Origin: Candidatus Bathyarchaeota archaeon
GTDB lineage: Archaea > Thermoproteota > Bathyarchaeia > 40CM-2-53-6
NCBI GenBank assembly: GCA_005881695.1
Contig: VBBT01000113.1
Coordinates: forward strand, 1 to 63,239
Length of the DNA: 63,239 nt
Direction: 5' to 3'
Shown: positions 9,608-18,261 of the stretch, piece after piece
Layout of the letters: each line of letters starts with the position of its first letter
How positions within the stretch are numbered: the stretch's first letter is position 1
The notes under the pieces: model-generated
Told to the model about the DNA's origin: nothing
The model's input: only the letters and a program-made list of their open reading frames with translations
The model's database searches: none
Translations under genes and position numbers: made by a program

Positions 9608-9632
9608 CCCGGGTCGTTGGGTTGGAAGCCCA

Positions 9633-9650
9633 TTGGACGCTCTAGGAGCT
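9633..9650 (-). other. tRNA intron 1 (18 nt, position 27/28)
   Basis: AGCTCCTAGAGCGTCCAA; central helix GGAC/GTCC with AT|A and AA|T bulges (relaxed BHB). Confidence 0.85.
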
Positions 9651-9834
9651 ATGTCCTAGACCAGGCTAGACTACGGCCGCTGACCCTTGCGTTTGGTCCA
9701 TGGTCTTTTCTGCCTTACGATTGGCAGAGAAGACTCAACAAATGCCGTCACGCCAAACGAGAAGGTAGCAAGCGGTCAAGTTCGGGACAAGTCTAAACTA
9801 GTCTTAAGAATCCGACGATGCCTGTTGCGATGTT

Positions 9835-10857
9835 TTGAAAATCGTCCCGCTTGAACACGATCCGGCTCGAGCCCGTGACTATCTTAACGACAAGAGTTTG
9901 CAGATGGGCCGTATTCTTCCCGTCGGTGACAGTCTACTTGGAGAATACTTTGCAACCGGCAGTAGCTTTGTTCTGCTGAAGGGAAGGGCCATCGACGCGC
10001 TGTTCTCCTACAATGCAGGGCGAGATAAGCAAGTACCCACGGCGAGATTCCGTGTTGTAACCGATTCTATTGTAGGGCTAAGAGAGGTAACTAGGCTTGT
10101 TGAGGAAACCGCTGTTGCGGGCGAGAAGACGGTTCTTCGAACTAATGTTTTCGGATATGACAAGAAGCGGCTCCAGGCATTGAAAGCGTTGGGCTACACC
10201 GTTGGCGCCTCTCTACCGGGAGTCGTCTCACTTGATGGGAGGAGATTTGACTATCACCTTCTCTACAAGGATCTAAGTTTGAGATACAAGTTTGGTGTCC
10301 GAAGAAGTTACGTCAAGCCCGGTATGTACAAGGCAGTAGAAGTTGAAAAAGCAAAGACGCCTAAATTCAAAATCAGAGGCTACAGATCAGAAGATCGGCC
10401 GATCCTCGACAAGTTCGTAACTCACCAGAATGTGATTCGCGGAATCGGCTCTGGGGTCTTTGAGGGTCTATACCCGTGGCCACCGGGCGATTATCAAAGG
10501 AGGGTTGATGCAAAGCAGATTTTTCCGATCGTGTGTGAGGACGAGTTCATTAGGGAACCTGTGGGAGTTGTCGACCTCTTCGGATCTTCCGCAGAAGTCA
10601 TGCAGCATTCGATGGGTACGGGAATCTATGTTAGGGCTGACTACCAAGGGCTTGGTGTTGGGACGATGTTGATGGAGGCTTCGAAGATCCTTGCTACGAG
10701 GTTGCACCTAGGTAGGGTCTGGTTGAGCGTTTTCGAGGGAAACAGCCCCGCGTTGGCGCTGTACCGAAAAACTGGGTTTGAAGAATCCGGAAGGATGCCC
10801 GGGTGGTTGCAGGAGGGGTATGTTGATGAGATCTTCATGACTCTGAAGCTGGACTAG
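9835..10857 (+). CDS. Tandem-domain GNAT acetyltransferase
   Basis: YQGLGVGTMLM and N.PALALYRKTGF in the C-terminal domain; degenerate GNAT-like N-terminal domain. Confidence 0.8.
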   Translation: MKIVPLEHDPARARDYLNDKSLQMGRILPVGDSLLGEYFATGSSFVLLKGRAIDALFSYNAGRDKQVPTARFRVVTDSIVGLREVTRLVEETAVAGEKTVLRTNVFGYDKKRLQALKALGYTVGASLPGVVSLDGRRFDYHLLYKDLSLRYKFGVRRSYVKPGMYKAVEVEKAKTPKFKIRGYRSEDRPILDKFVTHQNVIRGIGSGVFEGLYPWPPGDYQRRVDAKQIFPIVCEDEFIREPVGVVDLFGSSAEVMQHSMGTGIYVRADYQGLGVGTMLMEASKILATRLHLGRVWLSVFEGNSPALALYRKTGFEESGRMPGWLQEGYVDEIFMTLKLD

Positions 10858-10887
10858 AGAGACTCTGACCACGAGTCCAAAGGGGGC

Positions 10888-11166
10888 TCATCCATTCTTG
10901 AGCAACCACTCCTTTCGAGCAAGACCGCGTTCGGTTAGAGCGTATTGGAACCTGCCGGCTCGGCGGGTCCGACTCAAGAGTCCCTGTCTCCAGTAGCGCA
11001 GGAGAGCCATCTCGACAGCCTTGTCTGTCAACCTGAGCATCGTATCTGCTGCCAAGAGCTTACGAATTTTGAGACTGTCGAACTCCTGTGTTGGTTCGAA
11101 GAGGCCAAGTATGCGGATCTTGAGCTCGTTGTAGTTCATTCTTGCAAGGCGTGGATGGTCGAGCAC
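10888..11166 (-). CDS. Small winged-helix DNA-binding protein
   Basis: AVEMALLRYWRQGLLSR...YALTERG wHTH pattern; start may be ATG 11139. Confidence 0.7.
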   Translation of the reverse strand: MLDHPRLARMNYNELKIRILGLFEPTQEFDSLKIRKLLAADTMLRLTDKAVEMALLRYWRQGLLSRTRRAGRFQYALTERGLARKEWLLKNG

Positions 11167-11228
11167 ATAAATCTATTGCGGGAGATGCGATTGTAAGAAT
11201 TCTCTTAGCATATTCTTGAGAGGGCTGT

Positions 11229-11314
11229 GAGTAACACCTTGTATGCTTTCCCGAGTGTATTTCTTCGGCGAAACACTTTCACTTTCACTCCCGATTTCCA
11301 GAGTAACACCTTGT
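11229..11314. repeat. 14-bp direct repeat GAGTAACACCTTGT
   Basis: Exact copies at 11229-11242 and 11301-11314 in the divergent promoter region. Confidence 0.75.
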
Positions 11315-11340
11315 CGAAGTTGCTTCGGGACCGAAAATCG

Positions 11341-11348
11341 TTATATAT
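11341..11348 (+). promoter_or_regulatory. Probable TATA box with upstream purine-rich BRE-like element
   Basis: CGAAAATCG then TTATATAT, about 31 bp before the 11380 start. Confidence 0.5.
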
Positions 11349-11379
11349 CTACAACGGAGAGGACTCGGGCTGAGTAATA

Positions 11380-11928
11380 TTGTCCGACTTGGAAGTAGTT
11401 CAGAGTTCAGTTCAGTCCAGCCAACCTAGCGGGACAATAGAAGTGACCGTAAGACACAACGGATCAGAGACCAAGGTCATTGGAAACCCTGAGAATGTTG
11501 TTCGCGAACTTGTCATCTTCTTCTCGAAAGCCTACCCGGCGCTTGATCTAGCTTCGAAGCTCGTACTCTCTGTTGACAGCATGGAGTTCCTGCAAAACTG
11601 TGCAGGGGTCCTCGCCTTCTCTCCCGAGGGTCTTGTGATCTTGAAAGATACGACGACGCTGAAGGATAGGGAGCTTATGATGCTTCACGTCGCCGGAGCA
11701 CGCATGTTCTACTTGATGGGAAAGAAAGAGAACGATTCTATCTCATTGGACGAACTGGCAAAGATTACCGGCCGCGTTACCGGGACTATAGCAGGCCGGC
11801 TCAGCGAACTAGTCAGAGAACAACTCATCGAAAGAGTCGGAAAGGGTTCCTACAGGCTCACCACGATGGGACAGCGAGTGGTCATCCAGACACTGATGCC
11901 GAAAGCTGTGCAGTTGCCGGAGAGGTAG
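11380..11928 (+). CDS. Winged-helix protein, paralog 1
   Basis: C-terminal ISLDELAKITG...AGRLSELVREQLIERVGKGSYRLTTMG. Confidence 0.75.
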   Translation: MSDLEVVQSSVQSSQPSGTIEVTVRHNGSETKVIGNPENVVRELVIFFSKAYPALDLASKLVLSVDSMEFLQNCAGVLAFSPEGLVILKDTTTLKDRELMMLHVAGARMFYLMGKKENDSISLDELAKITGRVTGTIAGRLSELVREQLIERVGKGSYRLTTMGQRVVIQTLMPKAVQLPER

Positions 11929-11934
11929 AGAGCG

Positions 11935-12471
11935 ATGACAGAGCGTCCGAAGATCAAGGTTCAGATCGAATGGGGAGACATCAAGCACACTGTCGAAGGT
12001 GACCTGGAGACTGTAGTGCAGGAGGTTATGCGGTTCGCGGCACAGGTCTTGCCTAACTATTCACTTGCATCGAAGCTAACGTTCTCTCCCGACTACTCTT
12101 CGATGGTGGACGATCTCTCCGAGACAGTCAAACTGACACCAGAGGGTGAGGCTGTCTTTCTGAAACCGGAAATGTCAGCCGAACAATCGATCGCCCTCGT
12201 CCTGCTAGCCACCCGGGTTGCCCATGCAGTTGGCACTCGACCTAGCGTCGATATGAGCCCAGAGAATATCAGCAAGGCTATCGGAAAATCTGTCAAAACA
12301 GTCCGCAACACGCTTGCGATGATGGGGAAGACCGGTATCGTCGAGCGGACCAATGAGGGAAACTATCGGCTATCAATTCAGGGAATCCGCAAGTCGCACG
12401 AGATCGCGAGAAGCGTAACAGCTCGTGCCGCCGTGTCCCAGCCTGAAAGAAAGGTGACAGCGCCAGGATGA
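11935..12471 (+). CDS. Winged-helix protein, paralog 2
   Basis: Same architecture (LASKL, TPEG, GNYRLSIQG) as the upstream gene. Confidence 0.75.
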   Translation: MTERPKIKVQIEWGDIKHTVEGDLETVVQEVMRFAAQVLPNYSLASKLTFSPDYSSMVDDLSETVKLTPEGEAVFLKPEMSAEQSIALVLLATRVAHAVGTRPSVDMSPENISKAIGKSVKTVRNTLAMMGKTGIVERTNEGNYRLSIQGIRKSHEIARSVTARAAVSQPERKVTAPG

Positions 12472-12538
12472 TACTAGAGAGGGTGCGGGGACAGGCGGGA
12501 GAGGGGGATCTCCCGCCCAATACTGGGGGAATCTAACC

Positions 12539-13645
12539 TTGCTCCACCGCACCCAGGAACTAACTGAACCGCTAGCACAATTAAAAAGCATACCGGAAGA
12601 GCTGCAACATCCAATACCCGAAGCACTCCTCCAGCTCTCGACAAAATCAATGCAATCGCTACGCGGGTCCACACTCAACCCACGCACTGTGTCCCTCGTT
12701 GACATGGGACTGGACGATGGAGACTCAGACGAGCAGCTCGAAATCGGCGCATCATCAATATCAATGGGTTTGAAGCGCAGCCCAATCAATCCATTGAGAG
12801 AATCGGTTCCAATCGCGGCGTGCGACGCATCCAGCGTCAAGATAGGCGAAACCGAAACTGGAATGATATTCGCAATTCGAGCCGTTGCCGTTTGGAGACA
12901 ACCTGACAGGATCGCTTTCACACGCTGGGGACCCTTGCTGTTCCACATTCCCAACTCCGACGGCCAACAAGAAAAGTACCGAGATGACGACTCTCGGGCC
13001 TTCGGCGGGCTATCGGTCAAGACCCTACGGGTTCTGACCAAGCTGAGGAATCATGTGGAACGCTGGGTCCAGGAAGAGCTAGCCTTCTCAGTCAAAGACG
13101 GGGTTGTCCTGTTCGACGGTTCATTGACTGCGGGGACGCCTGACAATCCTTCCAGTAGAGTCCAACGAATCCTTTCCACAGCCCGCAACAACAACAGTAT
13201 CGTTATCGCTCTCTCGAAATCAACGCAGCTTACAGTTGGCGGAAAGAATATTCTCGGCTTCTTCGACGCCGAAAAAATCCCCCACATCATCGACATAACA
13301 TCTGTTGTCGAGAACGAGTATCCCGCGTATCCGATCAGATTCCTCGGACGAGTTTGTGTCTCGAAACTTTCACCGGATGGGTTCCTATTCCGCACCGATA
13401 TTGACCGGGATGCCGATGAACAACAAGCATTGGTTGCGCTTGGCCGAATCGCAGGAACCGACGTTATCTTCCATGGCTACCCTGAGACATTGAGGATCGC
13501 CCACATCTTCAGCACGTTCACCGCTAACGAGATCCTCGCAGTCCAGCGATTCGTTGCCAGTAACCATCACGTTAGTCTTCAGGCCCGGCCGAACCTTCGA
13601 CGGTCATTGTTCGGACCCTTTGGAACCAGCAGGTACGTGGCCTAG
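12539..13645 (+). CDS. nurA: NurA-family nuclease
   Basis: ACDASS, LFDGSL, ALSKST and GYPETLRIAH motifs; exact start uncertain. Confidence 0.75.
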   Translation: MLHRTQELTEPLAQLKSIPEELQHPIPEALLQLSTKSMQSLRGSTLNPRTVSLVDMGLDDGDSDEQLEIGASSISMGLKRSPINPLRESVPIAACDASSVKIGETETGMIFAIRAVAVWRQPDRIAFTRWGPLLFHIPNSDGQQEKYRDDDSRAFGGLSVKTLRVLTKLRNHVERWVQEELAFSVKDGVVLFDGSLTAGTPDNPSSRVQRILSTARNNNSIVIALSKSTQLTVGGKNILGFFDAEKIPHIIDITSVVENEYPAYPIRFLGRVCVSKLSPDGFLFRTDIDRDADEQQALVALGRIAGTDVIFHGYPETLRIAHIFSTFTANEILAVQRFVASNHHVSLQARPNLRRSLFGPFGTSRYVA

Positions 13646-15070
13646 ACGCGAATCTACCGGAAGGAAGCTGACGAAGTCCAGCTCATAGCCTTCCCTGACG
13701 AGCATGTTCAGAAGGGCGACTATTTTGTCATCGAGGACCCAGCGCAGTCGAGAGGACTCCTCGTCCAAGCGATAGACTTGCAGTACGCCAACGTTCCAGG
13801 GGTCCTAGAGGATATTCTCAGAGACGTAATGACTGATGGGGAACTTGCGGGGGAAGATGTGGACCCATTGAACATTTCCAGCCAGGTGGACGCGTTGAAG
13901 GATACGAGACTGGCGGTCTGCAAGATCCGCGGAACAATCGCCCAAGACGGAAGCCTATCACCCAGCACGTCCTGGTTGCCTTCGCGGACATCATCAAAGA
14001 TCCGGCCCTACGCCGTCAACCGGCTGATAATGAATGGTGGAAAAATGCCAGTCAAGTTGGGACACAACGATGGCGAGCCGATAAGCGTGGACGCCAGCGG
14101 ACTTGATGGCGGTCTGAACATAATCACTGGAAGAAAAGGCTCAGGCAAGTCTCACCTTGCGAAACTACTCCTCCTCTCCATGGCAGGATGGGGTGCGCCA
14201 TGCATCGTTCTGGACGTAAACGGAGAATACATCAACCTTCACAAATCGAAGGACGGACGACAATCATCTGCGCGGCTGACAGTTCTAGCGCCGAGAAGCG
14301 GCCTAAACTTCTCTATGTCCAAACTCGGGCTGAGAACGGTAGCAGGGGTCTTGAGTCATGCCCTGGATCTGCCGGCGACTTCGTCCAAAGTCTTCACCAC
14401 TATCTGGAAGGATCTTGAGGCTCGGGGAGATCTGACTCTCCCTACTTTGATCCAAGCAGTGCAGTCGTGGAGTTGCCATGACAGTGTCCGCGAAGCTCTG
14501 ACTTCCAGACTCCAGGTTTTGATGGAATCGGGATTGTTTGACGAGGCAAACCCGTTGACGGAAGAGCGAATTCTTCACACTATCGAGGGAGGCGGGGTCC
14601 TTGTGGTTAATCTGAAGAATCAGAGCCAGATCGTCCGACGTATACTTGTCGAGATCTTTCTCGGAGAACTGACCAAGATTCTCTCCTCTAACTGGCTCAA
14701 GGCTGCGTTTCTTTTCGCGGAGGAAGCGCACTTGTACTTGCGGGATACTTACTGGGACGATATTGTTACAAGGATGAGGCATATTGGATTGTTCACCACG
14801 TTCATCACGAACCAGCCGGACACTGTTCAGGAGGCGATCTACAGGCAGGCGGACAATGTGTTCATCTTCAACTTCACAAACGAGCACGATATCGAGGCTA
14901 TTGGCAAGGTGGCGAAGGCGGACAGCGACACGATACGTTACCTCGTCAGAGGAATACCTACCAGACGCTGCTTGCTGCTCGGCAATGTTGTCAAGGACCT
15001 ACCTCTGATGGTCGACGTGGAACAGTTGGATGTCAGAACGATGGGCGAGACGCGACTCTTCTTCTCTTAG
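13646..15070 (+). CDS. herA: HerA-family ATPase/helicase
   Basis: Walker A GRKGSGKS, Walker B LFAEEAH, RMRHIG and TNQP; frame is open from ACG 13646 (TRIYRKEADEVQLIAFP..QKGDYFVIED, HAS-barrel-like); first canonical start is TTG 13778. Confidence 0.8.
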   Translation, partial: TRIYRKEADEVQLIAFPDEHVQKGDYFVIEDPAQSRGLLVQAIDLQYANVPGVLEDILRDVMTDGELAGEDVDPLNISSQVDALKDTRLAVCKIRGTIAQDGSLSPSTSWLPSRTSSKIRPYAVNRLIMNGGKMPVKLGHNDGEPISVDASGLDGGLNIITGRKGSGKSHLAKLLLLSMAGWGAPCIVLDVNGEYINLHKSKDGRQSSARLTVLAPRSGLNFSMSKLGLRTVAGVLSHALDLPATSSKVFTTIWKDLEARGDLTLPTLIQAVQSWSCHDSVREALTSRLQVLMESGLFDEANPLTEERILHTIEGGGVLVVNLKNQSQIVRRILVEIFLGELTKILSSNWLKAAFLFAEEAHLYLRDTYWDDIVTRMRHIGLFTTFITNQPDTVQEAIYRQADNVFIFNFTNEHDIEAIGKVAKADSDTIRYLVRGIPTRRCLLLGNVVKDLPLMVDVEQLDVRTMGETRLFFS

Positions 15071-15200
15071 TGTGAGCAAGGGCGCGCCACTCTTTCGTAG
15101 GAACTCGGTCTAACAAGTCCCGCATCCCTGCTCGACGTTTCTTTCTGGCAAGAACTCGCCTGAACTCTACCCTGAGGCGTGCGCCGGCCCGCAGTGTGGT

Positions 15201-16766
15201 CTACTCTCTGGCCATCTGCACTAGGTCGGACGGCTGCTTCTTACTGTTCTCGGAGAGGCTCATTATTCCTCCAGTGAGACTCTGACCCTGTATTCCTTTG
15301 GCGGCAAAGATCTGCGCAACACGCAATGACGTGCCTCCTGCCATACACACTAACAGGACTTTTCGATTGTCCTTGGGAAGGACATTCATGATATTATCGG
15401 GTATCTTCTCAGTTGAGATCAACATTTGGACGTCTGAGGCTCTTGCGACTTTGATCTTGCTCTCATCGCATCCAAGGGACGAGGCGACGAGTTTGATGCC
15501 ATCCTCCTTCGGGACGAACATGCCATGGGTCCATAGAACCTCGCCATAATCGGCTACGCTAGAGCTGGCCTGTGGAAGAGTTACTTCGAGAGGAGGGGGC
15601 GCCTGAGCGATTGTTCCGAGAGTGCTCCGGTACTTGTCGATACCGTCGGCGAGCATTACGACAAACTTGTCTCCGACGCCATAGTTGAGCATCTGTAAAC
15701 AAGCGTAGAGCGCTAGCGCACTGCTCTCGCCAATGTCGTAGCCTCTTCCGACGAAGAAGCGGAGGACTCGCCTGGCTGGCTCGAAGTCCACTTCGTGCTG
15801 TCCCGCGTATAGGGCTGGATCATAGAATCTGAGGCCCAAGGCTTTGTCCTTGGTCCGTATTCCTGCAACGTCTTGGTTGTTCAGCGGGAAAATTAGGTGG
15901 ACGGATTTCTTGCTATGTTTTGTCTGGAGGTATTTGCTAATGCCGGCTGACGTGCCTCCGGTTCCAAACGCGGAGATTATTTTGAAGTCAGCTAGTGAGA
16001 GACCAATGTCTCCTAGCTGCTGGTCTATCTCCGGCGCTGTTACCCTCTCGTGTGACTTGACGTTCAGCTCGTTATCATATTGTTCGGGGCAGAAGCCTCC
16101 GTAAACCTTGGCCAGCACCTTTGCCAGGTTGATCACGTCTTGTCTCGCGAGGAGACCTTCGATCTCGGCTCGCGACTTGTTGAACTGCGCTGCGTCCAGC
16201 CCGAGATCCGCTAGCTGTTCCCGGACATTACTCGCTGTTGCCTTGGCAATAACTAAGTTCTGATCAAGAGCCAATCCTGGTGCTGGGCAAATGTCGATGT
16301 CCAGGTCCACCGTCTTGACTGAGTTCCTGTTCAGTTCATCTAGGACCCCGCTCTGGAGCTTCCTTGAAACTAGGAAAATGACATTGATGCCGATCTTTTC
16401 CAGCATTCCGAGGGCGATACCGAAATTGCCGGAGGTTGCCTCGAAGACTGTTTGACCAGTCCTTAGTCTGCCGGAAGCAATCGCATCCTCGATTATTTCA
16501 ACAGCTGGGCGAACTTTGACCGAGCCACCTATGATCTTCGAGTCGAACTTTCCGAAGACCCGGATGTTCTTTGCGGAAATTTCGAGGCCATATTCGACAC
16601 GAGCGCACTCGATGAGGGGAGCCGTCAGATCCTCCAAGGGCGTTGGATTGACGAAAGCCCTGCTTCCGTCTCTCTCGATAAGGTGGGGGACTTTGTTCTT
16701 TATCTGGCTCTGGAATCGCCTGAGAAGTGCTTCGTCAACTTGGGGCTTGGCCGTGGACTTTTGCAT
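15201..16766 (-). CDS. PLP-dependent cysteine-synthase-family enzyme with C-terminal rhodanese-like domain
   Basis: GSVKVRPA, EATSGNFG, FGTGGT and GESS motifs; C-terminal VLLVCMAGGTS...SLTGGI. Confidence 0.8.
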   Translation of the reverse strand: MQKSTAKPQVDEALLRRFQSQIKNKVPHLIERDGSRAFVNPTPLEDLTAPLIECARVEYGLEISAKNIRVFGKFDSKIIGGSVKVRPAVEIIEDAIASGRLRTGQTVFEATSGNFGIALGMLEKIGINVIFLVSRKLQSGVLDELNRNSVKTVDLDIDICPAPGLALDQNLVIAKATASNVREQLADLGLDAAQFNKSRAEIEGLLARQDVINLAKVLAKVYGGFCPEQYDNELNVKSHERVTAPEIDQQLGDIGLSLADFKIISAFGTGGTSAGISKYLQTKHSKKSVHLIFPLNNQDVAGIRTKDKALGLRFYDPALYAGQHEVDFEPARRVLRFFVGRGYDIGESSALALYACLQMLNYGVGDKFVVMLADGIDKYRSTLGTIAQAPPPLEVTLPQASSSVADYGEVLWTHGMFVPKEDGIKLVASSLGCDESKIKVARASDVQMLISTEKIPDNIMNVLPKDNRKVLLVCMAGGTSLRVAQIFAAKGIQGQSLTGGIMSLSENSKKQPSDLVQMARE

Positions 16767-16794
16767 TCCTTATCTTACCCATTGGGGATATGGC

Positions 16795-16803
16795 TTTATA
16801 TAA
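16795..16803. promoter_or_regulatory. TATA box in a short divergent intergenic region
   Basis: TTTATATAA between starts at 16766 (-) and 16825 (+). Confidence 0.45.
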
Positions 16804-16824
16804 CGTATGTCATAAACGTGCGTT

Positions 16825-17202
16825 ATGACCCAGACCTACAAGGCCCCAGACATTCCAAGCGATAGAATCACCCCCGAATTCGTTAGGGACGAGTTGCTCA
16901 GCTGTTTCGAAAGCGCCAATAGAGAGTTCGCCACCCTGCTCAACCAACCAGTTACCGACGAACAGCTCAAACAGCAAGTGAAACAGTTCGTAGAATCAGT
17001 CTTCGTCAACTGCGGCGCCAGCTACACAGACCCGACCAAACAGGGAATCTTGACGGCCATGAACCAGTGCCGGACCAACGCTGAGAAGATGATGGGCCCC
17101 CAAGGAGCCGGAATCATACAACACCACTACGATGAAATGATGAAACTGGTCGACAGACTACGAGAACGGCCAGTCTACGTCGCAACATCTCGTCTTGTCT
17201 AA
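16825..17202 (+). CDS. Hypothetical helical protein
   Basis: 125-aa ORF, ATG start, protein-like. Confidence 0.7.
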   Translation: MTQTYKAPDIPSDRITPEFVRDELLSCFESANREFATLLNQPVTDEQLKQQVKQFVESVFVNCGASYTDPTKQGILTAMNQCRTNAEKMMGPQGAGIIQHHYDEMMKLVDRLRERPVYVATSRLV

Positions 17203-17288
17203 TTCCAACAAAGACGAGGTCAGCGGATCGGACAAAGCTCCTCCTCTCGTAAGTCATTAGTACGTCTCGCTCCGCACAACCCCCAGAA

Positions 17289-18122
17289 TTGGAGTCCGTA
17301 ACCCAACAGCTTCACACCCCTAGAGTCGTCCGGCTCGACCGTATCGTCGAAGAGACGCCTTCAATCCGTTCTTTCTGGTTCAGCGACTCTACCCTCCACA
17401 ACGCCAAGCCTGGCCAGTTTGCTATGGTTTGGGTGCCGGGTGTGGATGAGGTTCCGATGAGCGTGCTAGCATTTCACGGGAGAACAGAGGCGGGTGTCGT
17501 GATCAAGAAGGGTGGGCCAGTTAGCACTGCGCTTTGGGAGAAGAAAGTCGGGGACAAGTTCTGGGTCCGAGGTCCGTACGGCCACCCCTTCAGCGTGGGA
17601 CACCACCACAAACTACTGGTTGTCGGTGGAGGAACAGGACTTGTGCCGCTCATCTCTTTCCTAGTCCATCTGAGAGGACGAGATGTCACATTGATCACTG
17701 GTGCGAGGACCTCGAGCGAGCTCTTGTTCAAGGACTGGCTGCTCAGTGAGAGCAAGGACCACCACTTCAAGCTCGTCTTCGCCACCGACGATGGAACATA
17801 CGGGGAAAAGAATCAGGTCCCGAAGGTCGTCGAGCACGTATTGAAGGAAGGAACCTTCGATGCAATCTACACCTGCGGACCCGAACCCATGATGAAACTA
17901 GTTTACGACCTGGCGATGCAGAAGAGATGCCACATCCAGGTCAGTCTTGAACGAGTGTTCAAGTGCGGAATCGGAATATGCGCCGCCTGCGTAATCGGCC
18001 CATACCTTGTCTGCCATGACGGACCAGTATTCTCGGAAAGAGAACTCAGCGGGATGCCAGAGTTCGGAAAAACCCGACGAGACCTCTCAGGCAAGAGAGT
18101 CCCTCTAGGGACAGGGCACTGA
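17289..18122 (+). CDS. pyrK: Dihydroorotate dehydrogenase electron-transfer subunit
   Basis: KPGQFAMVW, RGPYG, GGGTG, CGPEPMM and KCGIGICAAC...CHDGPVF 2Fe-2S motif. Confidence 0.88.
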   Translation: MESVTQQLHTPRVVRLDRIVEETPSIRSFWFSDSTLHNAKPGQFAMVWVPGVDEVPMSVLAFHGRTEAGVVIKKGGPVSTALWEKKVGDKFWVRGPYGHPFSVGHHHKLLVVGGGTGLVPLISFLVHLRGRDVTLITGARTSSELLFKDWLLSESKDHHFKLVFATDDGTYGEKNQVPKVVEHVLKEGTFDAIYTCGPEPMMKLVYDLAMQKRCHIQVSLERVFKCGIGICAACVIGPYLVCHDGPVFSERELSGMPEFGKTRRDLSGKRVPLGTGH

Positions 18123-18261
18123 GTTCCCTTAACATGCGAAACATTGATGTCTAGAATTCGTCATCGAGACCACTCGCTGTCGATGTGCAGAAGAAATGCC
18201 ACAAGTAGTTTCGGTCGTCTCTCTTCGCTTTGCTCTCTGCTCGCTATTCCAAGCCTAGAAA

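Larger units (their letters stand above)
9559..9680 (-). tRNA. tRNA-Gly(TCC) with two non-canonical introns and encoded CCA
   Basis: Acceptor GCGGCCG/CGGCCGC+ACCA, D stem GTCT/GGAC, anticodon arm TTGGG-CTTCCAA-CCCAA and T arm CCGGG-TTCAAAT-CCCGG all form after removing two inserts. Confidence 0.92.
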
